Positions 29,434-40,692 of a stretch of 64,000 nt of DNA are shown here, piece after piece (positions within the stretch are counted from its first letter, which is position 1; each line of letters opens with the position of its first letter). The stretch comes from an uncultured Armatimonadetes bacterium (lineage in GTDB: Bacteria > Armatimonadota > Hebobacteria > Hebobacterales > Hebobacteraceae). The position numbers were made by a program, and so were the translations under genes. The notes under the pieces were generated by a model. That model had not been told where the DNA came from and ran no database searches. It was given only the letters and a program-made list of their open reading frames with translations. The stretch spans positions 1,536,001 through 1,600,000 of the forward strand of contig OY970296.1 of the NCBI GenBank assembly GCA_963716175.1, written 5' to 3'.

Positions 29434-30111
29434 TTGAGGTCAGTGCAGAAGGCCCTGCTGGGCCGGAAAATGGGGATGACGCAGATCTTCGCCGAGGACG
29501 GCCAGGCGGTGGCCGTGACCGTGATCGCGGCTGGCCCCTGCCACGTGGTGCAGCGGAAGAGCGCGGGCAAGGAAGGCTACGACGCGCTGCAGCTGGGCTA
29601 CGAGGAGGTGCCGGCGAAGCGCTTGAACCAGCCGCGGGCGGGGCATTTCCGCCGGGCCGGGGAGAAGGCGAAGGTGGAGATCCCGACCTGCCGCCACCTG
29701 GTGGAGGTGCGTTTCGCGGACTGCGAGGCCTACCCGGTGGGGGCGAAGATCGGGGCGGAGATCTTCGAGGTGGGGGAGACGGTGGACGTGACCGCCACCT
29801 CCAAGGGCAAGGGCTTCGCGGGGGTGCACAAGCGGCACCACTTCAGCGGCGGGCCCGGCAGCCATGGCTCGATGTCACATCGGCGCCCCGGCTCTGGTGG
29901 GGCCACCGACGCGGCGAGGGTGTTCAAGGGGACCAAGAAGCCAGGGCACATGGGTAACGTGCGCACCACCGTGAAGGGGGTGCGGGTGCAACTGGTGGAT
30001 GCGGAAAAGGGGCTGGTGGCGGTGGCGGGGTCGGTGCCCGGTCCCACGGGAGCGCTGGTGGTGGTGAGCCGGCGGGTGCCGGCCGGGAAGGCCGGCGGAG
30101 GGGCCAAGTGA
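29434..30111 (+). CDS. rplC: 50S ribosomal protein L3
   Basis: GRKMGMTQ, SKGKGFAG, GHMG. Confidence 0.96.
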   Translation: MRSVQKALLGRKMGMTQIFAEDGQAVAVTVIAAGPCHVVQRKSAGKEGYDALQLGYEEVPAKRLNQPRAGHFRRAGEKAKVEIPTCRHLVEVRFADCEAYPVGAKIGAEIFEVGETVDVTATSKGKGFAGVHKRHHFSGGPGSHGSMSHRRPGSGGATDAARVFKGTKKPGHMGNVRTTVKGVRVQLVDAEKGLVAVAGSVPGPTGALVVVSRRVPAGKAGGGAK

Positions 30112-30731
30112 TGAAGCTTCCGGTCTATGACATCAGCGGGGCTCAGACCGGGGAGGTGGAGGTGGCGGCGGCCCTTTTCGGCGAGAGGCCGAAGCCAGCG
30201 CTGCTGCATCAGGTGGTGGTGGCGGAACTGGCGGCGCGGCGGCACGGCACGGCGCACACCAAACGGCGGGGCGAAGTGGCCGGCAGCGGCCGCAAGCTGT
30301 GGCGGCAGAAGGGCACGGGCCGGGCGCGCGTGGGGGATCGGCGGCCACCCCATCGGGTGGGCGGCGGCCGGGCGACCGGGCCCCGGATGCGGTCCTATCG
30401 CCAGCGCACGGCGAAGGCGCTGAAGGCGGAGGGTCTGCTGTCAGCGCTGGGGGCGCGGGCGGCGGCGGGCGAGATCCTGCTGCTGGCGCCGTTCGAGCTG
30501 GCGGAGGCGAAGACCAGAGAGCTGAATGGGATTCTGTCCGCGCTCGGCGGGGCGGCGGGGGCGCTGTTGCTGCTGGGCCAGCCGAGCGAGGTCATCGTGC
30601 GGTGCGGCCGGAACCTGCCGGGGCTGCAAGTGAGGGATGCGGCGCGGGTGAGCGCGTACGATCTGCTGGTGGCGCGAAGGGTGATCATCACTACCGATGC
30701 GCTGGCGCAACTGGAGGCGCGGGTGGCATGA
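30111..30731 (+). CDS. rplD: 50S ribosomal protein L4
   Basis: [17 protein letters not shown]. Confidence 0.95.
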   Translation: MKLPVYDISGAQTGEVEVAAALFGERPKPALLHQVVVAELAARRHGTAHTKRRGEVAGSGRKLWRQKGTGRARVGDRRPPHRVGGGRATGPRMRSYRQRTAKALKAEGLLSALGARAAAGEILLLAPFELAEAKTRELNGILSALGGAAGALLLLGQPSEVIVRCGRNLPGLQVRDAARVSAYDLLVARRVIITTDALAQLEARVA

Positions 30732-31036
30732 GAGACCCCAGGCAGATCCTGATCCGGCCCATCCTGACGGAGAAGAGCGTGGCTCAGACCGGGCGGCGCA
30801 AGTACACCTTCGAGGTGGCGAAGGTCGCCACCAAGGTGGAGATCCGCCACGCGGTGGAGCGGCTGTTTTCCGGCACCCGGGTGGCGGCGGTCAACACCAT
30901 CACTCTGCACGGCAAGGGAAGGCGGCTGGGGGGATACCGGCGGCGCGCGGCGCGCACCGAGGGCCGCACCTCCGCTTGGAAGAAGGCGATCGTGACCCTG
31001 AGCGAGGGCACCATCCCGGCATTCGAGGGCCTGTAG
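30728..31036 (+). CDS. rplW: 50S ribosomal protein L23
   Basis: [21 protein letters not shown]. Confidence 0.95.
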   Translation: MRDPRQILIRPILTEKSVAQTGRRKYTFEVAKVATKVEIRHAVERLFSGTRVAAVNTITLHGKGRRLGGYRRRAARTEGRTSAWKKAIVTLSEGTIPAFEGL

Positions 31037-31059
31037 CGGTCGAGGTCCAGGAGTCCAAG

Positions 31060-31920
31060 GTGGCGATCAAAGGATACAAACCATTCACACCCAGCCGCCG
31101 GTTCATGACGCGGGCGGAGCGGGGCCAGCTGTCAGCGGCGGGGCCGGAGAAAGGGCTGCTGAAGCCGCTGCACCGCACCGGGGCGCGGGACAACACCGGC
31201 CAGGTGAGCCTGCGGTTCCGGGGCGGGGGCCACAAGCGGCGCTATCGGGTGATAGACTTCCGGCGAGAGAAGGACATGGTGCCGGCGCGGGTGGCGAGCC
31301 TGGAGTACGACCCGAACCGCTCGGCGCACATTGCGCTGCTGCACTATGCGGATGGGGAGAAGCGCTACATTCTGGCTCCGGCTGGGCTGGAGGTGGGTGA
31401 CGTGGTGATGTCCGGGACCACCATGGGGGCCCAGGCGCGCAGCGGGGAGACGCTGGAGGTGCGGCCGGGGCACGCGCTGCCTCTGCAGGGGATCCCGGTG
31501 GGGACAGTGGTGCACAATATCGAGCTGCGGCCGGGGCGAGGGGGGCAGTTGTGCCGGAGCGCGGGGATCGGTGCGCAGTTGCTGGCGAAGGAGGGGAAGT
31601 TCGCCACCCTGCGCCTGCCCTCGGGCGAGATGAGGATGGTCTACATCGGGTGCCGGGCGACGGTGGGCCAGGTGGGGAATGCGGATCACAGCAACATCAA
31701 GCTGGGGAAGGCGGGGCGCAAGCGGTGGATGGGCAAGAAGCCGCATGTGCGGGGGGTGGTGATGAGCCCGCGGGATCATCCCCATGGGGGCGGAGAGGGC
31801 AAGAGCCCGATAGGCCGCAAGAGCCCGGTGAGCCCGACGGGGAAGCCGACTCTGGGCCGGAAGACGCGGGGTCGGAAAGCGAGCGATAGGATGATCGTGC
31901 GCCGGCGGGGCGCGAAGTGA
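31060..31920 (+). CDS. rplB: 50S ribosomal protein L2
   Basis: [24 protein letters not shown]. Confidence 0.97.
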   Translation: MAIKGYKPFTPSRRFMTRAERGQLSAAGPEKGLLKPLHRTGARDNTGQVSLRFRGGGHKRRYRVIDFRREKDMVPARVASLEYDPNRSAHIALLHYADGEKRYILAPAGLEVGDVVMSGTTMGAQARSGETLEVRPGHALPLQGIPVGTVVHNIELRPGRGGQLCRSAGIGAQLLAKEGKFATLRLPSGEMRMVYIGCRATVGQVGNADHSNIKLGKAGRKRWMGKKPHVRGVVMSPRDHPHGGGEGKSPIGRKSPVSPTGKPTLGRKTRGRKASDRMIVRRRGAK

Positions 31921-31928
31921 GGTAGCGG

Positions 31929-32240
31929 ATGGCGAGATCGCTGAAGAAGGGTCCCTACGTCCACCCGAAGCTGATGAAGAAGATCGAGCGGATGAACGCG
32001 TCGGGGGAGAAGCGGATCATCAAGTGCTGGGCGCGAGCCTCTACCATCGTGCCGGACATGATCGGCCACACCATCGCGGTGCACGATGGCCGCAGGCACG
32101 TGCCCACCTTCATCACCGAGAACATGGTGGGGCACAAGCTGGGCGAGTTCGCGCCCACCCGCCATTTCCGGGGCCACGGCCGTCACACCGAGCGCTCCAC
32201 CGCGCTCGAGATGATGGGGGTGGGAGCAAGCGGCGGCTGA
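31929..32240 (+). CDS. rpsS: 30S ribosomal protein S19
   Basis: RSLKKGP, GHKLGEF. Confidence 0.97.
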   Translation: MARSLKKGPYVHPKLMKKIERMNASGEKRIIKCWARASTIVPDMIGHTIAVHDGRRHVPTFITENMVGHKLGEFAPTRHFRGHGRHTERSTALEMMGVGASGG

Positions 32241-32249
32241 GGGAGAGCG

Positions 32250-32588
32250 ATGGAAGCGAAGGCGGTGGCTCGTTATGTGAGGATGTCGTCGCGCAAAGCG
32301 CGGCGGACGCTGGAGCTGATCCGGGGCCTGCCGGTGAAAGAGGCGCGGTCGCTGCTGGGGGCGCTGCCTCACCGGTCGGCGCGGGTGGTGCGGCGGGTGA
32401 TGGACTCGGCCGCGGCCAATGCGGAGAACAACCACGCGATGGCGGCGGACGAGCTGTGGGTGGTGCGGGCCTTTGCGGACGAGGGCCCCACCATGAAGCG
32501 GCTTCGCTTCGCCTCTGGGGGACGCATGGGGATCATCCGGAAGCGGATGACGCACATCAGCGTCGTGCTGAGCGACGAAGAGCGGTGA
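32250..32588 (+). CDS. rplV: 50S ribosomal protein L22
   Basis: SAAANAENN, DEGPTMKR. Confidence 0.96.
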   Translation: MEAKAVARYVRMSSRKARRTLELIRGLPVKEARSLLGALPHRSARVVRRVMDSAAANAENNHAMAADELWVVRAFADEGPTMKRLRFASGGRMGIIRKRMTHISVVLSDEER

Positions 32589-32603
32589 GGTCAGGAGACT
32601 GAA

Positions 32604-33569
32604 ATGGGACAGAAAGTGAACCCGATCGGGTTTCGGCTGGGCGTGATCCGGGACTGGGACAGCCGCTGGTATGCGGGCAAGGCCACCTACCGGGAGTGGG
32701 TGCTGGAGGACGCCAAGGTGCGGACGCTGCTGCGGGCGCGGTTCGCCCCGGACGGCGGAGGGGGTGGAGGAGGCGGAGGCCGCGGCCGCAACCGGGACGC
32801 CGGGATCAGCCGGGTGGAGATCGAGCGGGCGCCCAATATGCTGAAGCTGACGCTGCACACCGCGAAGCCGGGGATCATCATCGGCCGCGGGGGGCGGGGG
32901 GTGGAGGATATTCGGGCTGAGATCGAGCGGCTGGTGAACCGGAAGGTGCACATCAACGTGCAGGAGATCCGGCAGCCGGAGCTGGACGCGCAGCTGGTGG
33001 CGGAGAACGTCTCGGGCCAGATCGAGCGGAGGGTGGCGTTCAAGCGAGCGGTGCGGCAGGCGCTGCAGCGGACCATGAAGGCGGGGGCGCAGGGGATTCG
33101 CGTGATGTGCGCAGGGCGGCTGGGGGGCGCGGAGATGTCTCGCCGCTATGGCGACCGGGAGGGCAAGATCCCGCTGCACACGCTGCGGGCGGACATTGAC
33201 TATGGGTTCACGGAGGCGCGCACCCCCTCCGGCCATATCGGGATCAAGGTGTGGGTGTACCGGGGCGATGTGCTGCCGGCGGCGAAGCCGGCAGAGGCCA
33301 GGCCGGGGCGGCCGGCAGTGGCGGCGGAGAAGCCGCGGAAGGGCTGGCGGCGGGTGGGACCGGCGCGCAGGACGGAGGCGCCAGAGGCCGCGCCGACGGG
33401 AGCCGAGGCCGCGGTCGAGGGGGAGCCGGTAACCCTGGCGGCGGAGCCCGCGGAGGTGGCGGGGGCCGAGCCAGTGGCGCCAGCGCCAGCAGCGGAGGAG
33501 CAGCAGAGCGATGCTAATGCCGTCGAAGGTGAAGTTCCGGAAGCAGCAGAGGGGCCGTCGCAGGGGTAA
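32604..33569 (+). CDS. rpsC: 30S ribosomal protein S3
   Basis: [28 protein letters not shown]; long Ala/Glu/Pro tail overlapping rplP. Confidence 0.96.
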   Translation: MGQKVNPIGFRLGVIRDWDSRWYAGKATYREWVLEDAKVRTLLRARFAPDGGGGGGGGGRGRNRDAGISRVEIERAPNMLKLTLHTAKPGIIIGRGGRGVEDIRAEIERLVNRKVHINVQEIRQPELDAQLVAENVSGQIERRVAFKRAVRQALQRTMKAGAQGIRVMCAGRLGGAEMSRRYGDREGKIPLHTLRADIDYGFTEARTPSGHIGIKVWVYRGDVLPAAKPAEARPGRPAVAAEKPRKGWRRVGPARRTEAPEAAPTGAEAAVEGEPVTLAAEPAEVAGAEPVAPAPAAEEQQSDANAVEGEVPEAAEGPSQG

Positions 33570-33954
33570 GGCGAGCCGGGGCAACGCGATCGTCTCCGGC
33601 GAGTACGGCCTGCTGGCCCTGGGCAACTGCTGGCTGAGCAGCCGGCAGATCGAGGCCGCGCGGGTGGCGATGACCCGGTACATCAAGCGCGCCGGGAAGG
33701 TGTGGGTGCGGGTGTTTCCGGACAAGCCGGTGACGGCGAAGCCGGCGGAGACTCGGATGGGCAGCGGCAAGGGGTCGCCGGAGTTCTGGGTGGCGGTGGT
33801 GAAGGCGGGGCGGATTCTGTTCGAGATGGGGGGCGTGCCCCCGGAGGTGGCAAAGGAGGCGCTGCGCAAGGCGGCGCACAAGCTGCCGATTCGCACGCGG
33901 GTGGTGATGAGGGCGGAGGCCGGAGGTGAGAGCGGTGAAGCCGGCGGCGCTTAG
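33511..33954 (+). CDS. rplP: 50S ribosomal protein L16
   Basis: [18 protein letters not shown]. Confidence 0.97.
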   Translation: MLMPSKVKFRKQQRGRRRGKASRGNAIVSGEYGLLALGNCWLSSRQIEAARVAMTRYIKRAGKVWVRVFPDKPVTAKPAETRMGSGKGSPEFWVAVVKAGRILFEMGGVPPEVAKEALRKAAHKLPIRTRVVMRAEAGGESGEAGGA

Positions 33955-34129
33955 GCAGATGACGACACAAGAGCTGCAGGAGCAACTGGAGAGGGACCGC
34001 CAGGAGCAGTTCAATCTGCGGTTTCGGGCGAGCACGCAGCCGCTGGAGAACCCGCGGCGACTGCGGCAGGTGCGGAAGAACATCGCCCGGATTCTGACGC
34101 TGCTGCAAGAGCGAGAGGCCCATGGCTGA
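33935..34129 (+). CDS. rpmC: 50S ribosomal protein L29
   Basis: FNLRF, LENP, RKNIARI. Confidence 0.93.
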   Translation: MKPAALRQMTTQELQEQLERDRQEQFNLRFRASTQPLENPRRLRQVRKNIARILTLLQEREAHG

Positions 34130-34406
34130 GAGAGGAAGAGGAAGGGCGCGCGGCGAGCGAGGCGGGCGCAAGATCCGGGAGGGGGTGGTCACCAGCGACA
34201 CCATGGACAAGACGGTGGTGGTGGGGGTGGAGCGGCTGGTCAGGCATCCGAAGTACAAGCGCGTGATCCGGCGGACGGCTCGCCACAAGGCGCACGACGA
34301 GCGCAACGAGTGCGGGGTGGGTGACCGGGTGCGTATCCAGGAGACCCGGCCTCTGAGCAAGACCAAGCGCTGGGTGGTGACGGCGGTGTTGAAGAAGGCG
34401 AAGTAG
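34122..34406 (+). CDS. rpsQ: 30S ribosomal protein S17
   Basis: [22 protein letters not shown]. Confidence 0.97.
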   Translation: MAERGRGRARGERGGRKIREGVVTSDTMDKTVVVGVERLVRHPKYKRVIRRTARHKAHDERNECGVGDRVRIQETRPLSKTKRWVVTAVLKKAK

Positions 34407-34423
34407 CCAGGGATCGGCCGTGG

Positions 34424-36535
34424 GTGAAGACTGCGATGAGCCCGGAAGCAAAGGAGACAGGAAGGGTGCGCAACGTGGCGCTGATCGGCCATGGTCAGGC
34501 GGGCAAGACCTCGCTGGCGGAGGCGATGCTGTTCGCCGCCGGCGTGGTGGAGCGGCTGGGCACGGTGGACGCCGGGACCACGGTATCGGACAGCGACCCG
34601 GAGGAGATCTCGCGCAAGATCTCGATCTCGCTGGCCTTCCTGCCGCACGAGTGGGAGGGGCACAAGATCAACCTCCTGGATACCCCCGGGTATGCCGATT
34701 TCGGGGGCGAGGTGGTGGCCGGGCTGCGAGCGGCGGACGGTGCGGTGGTGGTGGTGGAGGCGCTGGCTGGGGTGCAGGTGCAGACGGAGCGGTACGCGCG
34801 GATGGCGGCGGAGCGGGGGGTGCCGCGGCTGGTGGTGATCAGCAAACTGGACAAGGAGCACACCGACTTCAGGCGCACCCTGGCGCAAGTGAGGGAGCGG
34901 CTGAACTGCAACGCGGTGGCCGTGACCTTGCCGATCGGCAATCAGACCAGCCTGCGAGGGGTGGTTGACCTGGTGAAGGGGGTGGCCTACATCAGCGACG
35001 GGGGCAAGGAATCGCAGGCCCCGATCCCAGAGGAGATGGCGGGCGAGGTGGCCGAGTATCGGGAGCGGCTGATCGAGGCGGCGGCGGAAGCCGACGACAG
35101 GCTGATGGAGAAGTATCTGGAGGAGGAGGCGCTGTCTCCCGCGGAGATCGTGCACGGCCTGCGGGCGGCGACGCTGGCGGGGAAGGTGGTGCCGACGCTG
35201 GCGGCGGCGGCCACCCGGATGATCGGGGTGCGGTCGCTGTCGGAGGCAGTGGCAGCCAACCTGCCAGCGCCGGAGGAGACGGGCCCGGTGGTGGGATCGA
35301 ACCCGCGGAGCAGCGAGCAGGCGGAGCGACAGCCGTCGCCAGAGGCGCCGATGAGCGCGCTGGTGTTCAAGACCACGGCCGATCCCTATGCCGGGCGGCT
35401 GACTTATTTCCGGGTTTACTCGGGGACGCTGTACGGTGATGCCCAGGTCTACAACTCGGCGCAGGGAGAAAGGGAGCGGATTGGCCCGTTGCTCTCCCCG
35501 GCCGGGAGGAGACAGCAGGGCGTGCCGAGCGTGGCGGCCGGAAACATGGGGCTGGTGGCCAAGCTGCACGCCACGGTCACTGGCGACACCTTGTGCGACG
35601 AATCCAACCCCATCCTGCTGCCGGGGATCGAGCTGCCGACACCGGTGTTCTCGGTGGCGATCAGGGCCAAGTCGCGGGCGGACGAGGACAAGGTGGGGAG
35701 CGCGCTGACCCGGATCACGGAGGAGGATCCGACGGTCCGGTTCTCGATGAACGCGGAGACCAAGGAGACGATTCTGTCGGGGATGGGGGACCTGCAGCTG
35801 GAGATCGTGGTGGGCCGGCTGCAGCGGAAGTACGGGGTGGCGGTGGAGACGGGGGCGCCCAGGATCCCGTACCGCGAGACCGTCCGGGGCAAGTCGCGGG
35901 TCCAGGGCCGGCACAAGCGGCAGACCGGGGGCCGGGGGCAGTTCGGGGATGTGTGGGTGAGGTTCGAGCCGCTGCCGCGGGGGACCGGGTTTGAGTTCGT
36001 GGACGAAGTGAGGGGTGGGTCGGTGCCGCGCAACTTCATCCCGGCGGTGGAGAAGGGGATACGGGAGGCGCTGGACCACGGGCCGCTGGCCGGCTATCCG
36101 CTGACCGATCTGCGGGCGATCCTGGATGACGGCTCCTCCCATTCCGTGGACTCCTCCGATATGGCGTTCAAGACGGCGGGCCAGATCGCGCTCCAGAAGG
36201 GCACCGAGGAGGCGGGGCTGGTGCTGCTGGAGCCGATCATGGAGGTGGAGGTGGTGGTGCCTGGGGAGCAGATGGGGGATGTGATCGGAGCGCTGAACGG
36301 GAAGCGGGGCAGCATTCTGGGGATGGAGCCGCAGGGAGAGTACCAGGTGGTGCGGGCGCTGGTGCCGCTGGCGGAGATGGCGAGCTACGCCTCGGAGCTG
36401 CGCTCGATGACCGGGGGCCGGGGCAGCTACAGCATGCGCTTCTCCCACTACCAGGAGGTGCCGCCGCACCTGGCCCAGGCCGTGATCGAGGCGGCGAAGC
36501 GAGAGAAGCAGCAGAAGACCGGGGCCGCGGCCTAG
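34424..36535 (+). CDS. second elongation factor G (EF-G2/FusA2 type)
   Basis: [10 protein letters not shown], divergent switch I (RKISI), [33 protein letters not shown]. Confidence 0.92.
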   Translation: MKTAMSPEAKETGRVRNVALIGHGQAGKTSLAEAMLFAAGVVERLGTVDAGTTVSDSDPEEISRKISISLAFLPHEWEGHKINLLDTPGYADFGGEVVAGLRAADGAVVVVEALAGVQVQTERYARMAAERGVPRLVVISKLDKEHTDFRRTLAQVRERLNCNAVAVTLPIGNQTSLRGVVDLVKGVAYISDGGKESQAPIPEEMAGEVAEYRERLIEAAAEADDRLMEKYLEEEALSPAEIVHGLRAATLAGKVVPTLAAAATRMIGVRSLSEAVAANLPAPEETGPVVGSNPRSSEQAERQPSPEAPMSALVFKTTADPYAGRLTYFRVYSGTLYGDAQVYNSAQGERERIGPLLSPAGRRQQGVPSVAAGNMGLVAKLHATVTGDTLCDESNPILLPGIELPTPVFSVAIRAKSRADEDKVGSALTRITEEDPTVRFSMNAETKETILSGMGDLQLEIVVGRLQRKYGVAVETGAPRIPYRETVRGKSRVQGRHKRQTGGRGQFGDVWVRFEPLPRGTGFEFVDEVRGGSVPRNFIPAVEKGIREALDHGPLAGYPLTDLRAILDDGSSHSVDSSDMAFKTAGQIALQKGTEEAGLVLLEPIMEVEVVVPGEQMGDVIGALNGKRGSILGMEPQGEYQVVRALVPLAEMASYASELRSMTGGRGSYSMRFSHYQEVPPHLAQAVIEAAKREKQQKTGAAA

Positions 36536-36558
36536 GCAAGCGCTCGGCAGGCAAGGAC

Positions 36559-36927
36559 ATGATCCAGCTTCGGACGAGACTGAAAGTGGCGGACAACTCG
36601 GGGGCGCGGGTGGTGGAGTGCATCCGGGTGCTGGGCGGATCGAACCGCCTGTATGCCCGGGTGGGGGACACGATCGTGGTGGCGGTGAAGCAGGTGACTC
36701 CAGGGGGGCAGATCCAGAAGGGGGAGGTGGCGCGGGCGGTGGTGGTGCGGCAGACCCAGCCGTTGCGCCGGGCGGATGGGTCCATCATCCGGTTCGACGA
36801 AAACGCGGTGGTGCTGATCGGGGAGCAGCGGAATCCGCGGGGGACGCGGGTGTTCGGGCCCGTGGCGCGGGAGCTGAGGGAGCGGGAGTTCATGCGCATC
36901 GTCTCGCTGGCGCCGGAGGTGATCTGA
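36559..36927 (+). CDS. rplN: 50S ribosomal protein L14
   Basis: [21 protein letters not shown]. Confidence 0.98.
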   Translation: MIQLRTRLKVADNSGARVVECIRVLGGSNRLYARVGDTIVVAVKQVTPGGQIQKGEVARAVVVRQTQPLRRADGSIIRFDENAVVLIGEQRNPRGTRVFGPVARELREREFMRIVSLAPEVI

Positions 36928-37374
36928 ATGAAGAGCAGACCGGGCGCGGCCGAGAGTGTGAAGCTGCAGATCAGGGCCGGGGACACGGTGTTCGTGCGCT
37001 CGGGACGAGACCGGGAGACGCGGCTGACGCCGGAGGAGCTGACGCGGTGGGAGGACCCAGAGCAGCGGAAGCGGGAGGCGAACCGCCGGTCGGGGCGGCG
37101 GGGGCGGGTGCTGCGGGTGCTGCCGGACAAGCAGCACGTGGTAGTGGAAGGGGTGAACATGGTGACCAAGCACAGCCGGCCGCGGGGGCGGGCGACGCGG
37201 GCCCAGCAACTGCAGGCGGGCCGGACCGAGCAGCCGGGGCCCATCGCCATCGCCAACGTGATGCTGGTGTGCCCTCGGTGCGACCGGCCCACGCGGGTGA
37301 AGCGAGGGACCTGGGAGGAGAAGCCGGTGCGGCTGTGCCGACGGTGCGGCGAGCCGGTGGACGCGATCAGATAG
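36928..37374 (+). CDS. rplX: 50S ribosomal protein L24
   Basis: GDTV..SGRD, VVEGVN, CPRC..CRRC. Confidence 0.93.
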   Translation: MKSRPGAAESVKLQIRAGDTVFVRSGRDRETRLTPEELTRWEDPEQRKREANRRSGRRGRVLRVLPDKQHVVVEGVNMVTKHSRPRGRATRAQQLQAGRTEQPGPIAIANVMLVCPRCDRPTRVKRGTWEEKPVRLCRRCGEPVDAIR

Positions 37375-37384
37375 GGATGGGAGC

Positions 37385-37984
37385 ATGACTGCGCGCAGGC
37401 GAGAGAAAGAGGAGAAAGCGGAAACCAGCGTGGAGGCGGCGCCGCCACGGCTGAAGGACCGCTACCGGCAGGAGATCGCGCCCGCCATGATGCGGCGCTT
37501 CGGCTACCGGCAGCTGATGGAGGTGCCGCGGCTGTCCAAGGTGGTGGTGAGCATGGGGGTGGGCGCGGCCACTCAGGACCCCAAGATCCTGGAGAACGCG
37601 ATGCGGGATCTGGCGGCGATCACGGGCCAGCAGCCGGCGATCTCGCGGGCGAAGCGGTCCATCGCCCAGTTCCGGGTGAGGGAGAAGAATCCGATCGGGT
37701 GCAAGGTGACCCTGCGGGGCGACCGGATGTACGAGTTCGTGGACCGGCTGATCAGCGTGGCGCTGCCTCGGATCCGGGATTTCCGGGGGCTGCCGCCGGA
37801 GGCGGTGGACGGCCGGGGCAACTACAACCTGGGGCTGCGGGAGCAGAGCGTGTTCCCGGAGATAGACATTGATAAGGTGACCCGGGTGCAGGGCATGAAT
37901 GTGACCATCGTCACCACCGCCCGGACGGACGAGGAGGCGCTGGCCCTGCTGCGAGAGTTCGGGCTGCCGCTGCGGGAGTCCTAA
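37385..37984 (+). CDS. rplE: 50S ribosomal protein L5
   Basis: [27 protein letters not shown]. Confidence 0.97.
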   Translation: MTARRREKEEKAETSVEAAPPRLKDRYRQEIAPAMMRRFGYRQLMEVPRLSKVVVSMGVGAATQDPKILENAMRDLAAITGQQPAISRAKRSIAQFRVREKNPIGCKVTLRGDRMYEFVDRLISVALPRIRDFRGLPPEAVDGRGNYNLGLREQSVFPEIDIDKVTRVQGMNVTIVTTARTDEEALALLREFGLPLRES

Positions 37985-38232
37985 TGATGTTCGCACAACG
38001 AAGTAATGTGCGAACATTGCCCTGTGCCTGTCTGGGCCGCTTCTTGAGCTTCGCCGTGTTACTTCATTCGGCGAAGCTCCTTAGAAGCTGTTTCATAACC
38101 TTCCCAGGGGAGGTTATGAAACAGCACTGCACGACGTCAGGCCGTGGCAGGCGCATTTCATGCGAGGGCGTGGTGCGGCCAGCCAACAGCTAGGTTATGA
38201 AATGCGCTCTAGTGGGAGTGCAGAGGAGAGGG
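37985..38232 (+). repeat. structured spc-operon spacer element, copy 1 (with extra nested hairpins)
   Basis: Hairpins at 37987-38017, 38046-38079, 38087-38125; homologous to 39494-39605 and 39984-40090. Confidence 0.75.
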
Positions 38233-38234
38233 AG

Positions 38235-38420
38235 TTGGCGAAGACATCTTCGATCGTGAGGTCGCGGCGGAAGCCGAAGTTCGCGGTGCGCCAGCACAAC
38301 CGGTGCCAGTTGTGCGGGCGGCCCCGGGCCTACCTCCGGCGCTTTGGGATGTGCCGGATCTGCTTCCGGGAGAGGGCGCACCGGGGGCTGCTGCCCGGAG
38401 TGGTGAAGGCGAGCTGGTAG
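38235..38420 (+). CDS. rpsN: 30S ribosomal protein S14 (Zn-binding type Z)
   Basis: 61 aa, [17 protein letters not shown]. Confidence 0.96.
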   Translation: MAKTSSIVRSRRKPKFAVRQHNRCQLCGRPRAYLRRFGMCRICFRERAHRGLLPGVVKASW

Positions 38421-38507
38421 AGAGCTTGGTGGTGGGCTGTGTCAGAGCCCAACCAAGCGGTCTCAGCGCGCGCTGATCGGGTTCCGATACAGCCTAAGAG
38501 GAGAGCG

Positions 38508-38906
38508 ATGGCGGTCACTGACCAAGTTGCGGATATGCTGACTCGGATGCGCAATGCCAACCTGGCGCGGCAGGACCACGTGCTGATCCCGGCCTCGAAG
38601 CTGAAGCTGGAGCTGGCGAAGGTGCTGAAGGCGCAGGGGTTCATCCAGAAGTACGATCTGGTGGACGACAAGCGGCAGGGGCAGATTCGCATCCACCTGC
38701 GCTACATGCCGAACCGGGAGCGGGTGATCACCGGGCTGCGGCGGATCAGCCGGCCTGGGGTGAGGGTGTACGTGGATGCGGCTCACATCCCGCGGGTGAT
38801 GGGAGGGCTGGGGATCGCGGTGCTGTCCACCTCTCGCGGGGTGGTGACGGACCGGGAGGCGCGCCGCCGGAGGGTGGGCGGCGAAGTGCTGTGCTACGTC
38901 TGGTAG
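38508..38906 (+). CDS. rpsH: 30S ribosomal protein S8
   Basis: DMLTRMRN, ISRPG, STSRG, GGEVLCYVW. Confidence 0.97.
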   Translation: MAVTDQVADMLTRMRNANLARQDHVLIPASKLKLELAKVLKAQGFIQKYDLVDDKRQGQIRIHLRYMPNRERVITGLRRISRPGVRVYVDAAHIPRVMGGLGIAVLSTSRGVVTDREARRRRVGGEVLCYVW

Positions 38907-38917
38907 GGAGAGCGGCG

Positions 38918-39493
38918 ATGTCGCGCGTGGGCAAGCTACCGATTCCTCTGCCCGCCGGGGTGACGGCGGAGCTAAGCGACCACCAGCTCAAGGTGCGGGG
39001 GCCGCAGGGCGAGCTGTCGCGCCGGCTGCCGGAGGCGATGTCCGTGACGGTGGAGGAGGGGGAAATCCGGGTCGGGCGGCCCTCGGAGAGCCGGGAGCAC
39101 CGGGCCTTGCACGGGCTCACCCGGAGCCTGGTGGCGAACATGGTGCAAGGGGTGAGCGAGGGCTACGTGCGAGTGCTCGAGCTCTACGGGGTGGGTTTCC
39201 GCGTCCAGCCCCAAGGCCAGAAGCTGAACCTGCAACTGGGCTTCTCCCACCCGGTGGCATTCGACCTGCCAGACGGGATCAGCGCCCAGATGGAGACCTT
39301 CGTGCCGACCCTGGAGAACGGGTATCTGTCGGTGCGGCTGACCCTGCGCGGGATTGATAAGGAGCTGCTGGGCTTGACGGCGGCGCGGCTGCGAGACACC
39401 AAGAAGCCGGAGCCGTACAAGGGGAAAGGGTTCCGCTATCAGGGCGAGCGCATCCGGCGGAAGGCCGGCAAGGCGGCGCAGGCCGGCACCTGA
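38918..39493 (+). CDS. rplF: 50S ribosomal protein L6
   Basis: MSRVGKLP, LGFSHP, PEPYKGKG. Confidence 0.97.
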   Translation: MSRVGKLPIPLPAGVTAELSDHQLKVRGPQGELSRRLPEAMSVTVEEGEIRVGRPSESREHRALHGLTRSLVANMVQGVSEGYVRVLELYGVGFRVQPQGQKLNLQLGFSHPVAFDLPDGISAQMETFVPTLENGYLSVRLTLRGIDKELLGLTAARLRDTKKPEPYKGKGFRYQGERIRRKAGKAAQAGT

Positions 39494-39605
39494 TGATGTT
39501 CGCAGATAGAGGCAACGGCGGCAGGTGTTTCACGCCCCAGCGCGGCGCGATCTGCCTGCATGTCGCCGCTGCTTCGTCCGGCGAAATGCAGCAGGCAGGA
39601 GAGGG
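39494..39605 (+). repeat. structured spc-operon spacer element, copy 2
   Basis: TGATGTTCGCA..GAGGCAA..CTGCATGTCGCCG-loop-CGGCGAAATGCAG..GGAGAGG. Confidence 0.75.
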
Positions 39606-39617
39606 AGCGAGCGCAAG

Positions 39618-39983
39618 GTGAGGACGGTAGAGCGAGTGAGAGGCCGCCAGCGGCGCCATCGGCGCGTGCGCAAGCGGGTGCACGGCAGCGGGGCCCGGCC
39701 CCGGCTGTGCGTATATCGCAGCCTGCGGTATCTGTACGCGCAGGTGATTGACGACGACGCGGGCCGGACGCTGGCGGAGGCGGATTCCCGGGAGCCAGGG
39801 ATGGTGCCGGAGGGCAGCTCGCGCCGGGGCCTGGCGGGGGCGGCCGCGGTGGGAAAGGCGATCGCGGAGCGGGCGCGGGCGGCGGGGGTGACTCAGGTGG
39901 TGTTCGACCGGGGCGGGTATCTCTACCACGGTCGGGTGAAGGCGCTGGCGGAGGGGGCGCGGGAAGCTGGGCTGGAGTTCTGA
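39618..39983 (+). CDS. rplR: 50S ribosomal protein L18
   Basis: [26 protein letters not shown]. Confidence 0.97.
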   Translation: MRTVERVRGRQRRHRRVRKRVHGSGARPRLCVYRSLRYLYAQVIDDDAGRTLAEADSREPGMVPEGSSRRGLAGAAAVGKAIAERARAAGVTQVVFDRGGYLYHGRVKALAEGAREAGLEF

Positions 39984-40090
39984 TGGTGCTCGCATACAGA
40001 AGTAAGGGCCGCAGGCACGCTGTGCCCGAACGTGGCGCAATCGGTCTGCAATTCGCGGTTACTGCGTTCGGCGAAATGCAGTAGGAGAGG
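39984..40090 (+). repeat. structured spc-operon spacer element, copy 3
   Basis: TGGTGCTCGCA..GAAGTAA..CTGCAATTCGCGG-loop-CGGCGAAATGCAG..GGAGAGG. Confidence 0.75.
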
Positions 40091-40092
40091 CG

Positions 40093-40692
40093 ATGCTGGC
40101 ACAGAGATTTGGCAGAGTGGCGCAGAGCGGGGACGAAGCCGAGGAGCTGATCCAGGAGAAACTGGTGGCGCTCAACCGGGTGCAGAAGGTGCACAAGGGC
40201 GGGCGCACCCTGCGCTGGAGCGCGCTGGTGGTGGTGGGGGATAGGCGCGGCTCGGTGGGGGTGGGCCTGGGCAAGTCCGGGGAGGTGCCGGAGGCGGTGC
40301 GGAAGGCGACGGAAGTGGCGAAGAAAGGTATGTTGAAGGTGTCGCTGCTGGGCGGCACCATCCCCCATGCCGTGGAGTCGCGCTACGGGGCGGCGCGGGT
40401 GCTGCTGAAGCCGGCCTCTCCCGGGACGGGGGTGATTGCGGGCGGTGCGGTGCGGGCGGTGGTGGAGGCGGCCGGGATCAAGGATGTGCTCTCCAAGTCT
40501 CTGGGCTCGGATAACCCGATCAACATCGCGCGGGCGACCTTGAAAGGGCTGCAGAGCTTGCGCACGGTATGGGAGGTGGCGGCGCGGCGGGGCCGCAAAC
40601 CGGAGGAGGTGGGAGAGCGCTATCATCTGCTGGGGCGCGAGTACGCGCCGCCGGGGGGCGGCGAAGAGCCGGTTCAGGAGGGCGAGGGATGA
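40093..40692 (+). CDS. rpsE: 30S ribosomal protein S5
   Basis: [21 protein letters not shown]. Confidence 0.97.
   Translation: MLAQRFGRVAQSGDEAEELIQEKLVALNRVQKVHKGGRTLRWSALVVVGDRRGSVGVGLGKSGEVPEAVRKATEVAKKGMLKVSLLGGTIPHAVESRYGAARVLLKPASPGTGVIAGGAVRAVVEAAGIKDVLSKSLGSDNPINIARATLKGLQSLRTVWEVAARRGRKPEEVGERYHLLGREYAPPGGGEEPVQEGEG

Noticed and set aside
33511-33954. rpsC/rplP and rplP/rpmC overlaps as a special mechanism
   Set aside because: Modest overlaps caused by low-complexity tails are common in GC-rich operons.
25459-36469. Very long antisense ORFs (719, 650, 706, 928 aa; also 55933-58230 and 62767-63831)
   Set aside because: They are shadows of high-GC sense genes, with His/Pro/Arg-biased composition and no motifs.
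37982-39996. Selenocysteine or stop read-through at the stop codons preceding the spacer elements
   Set aside because: L5, L6 and L18 are full length at those stops, and two are followed by a second in-frame stop.
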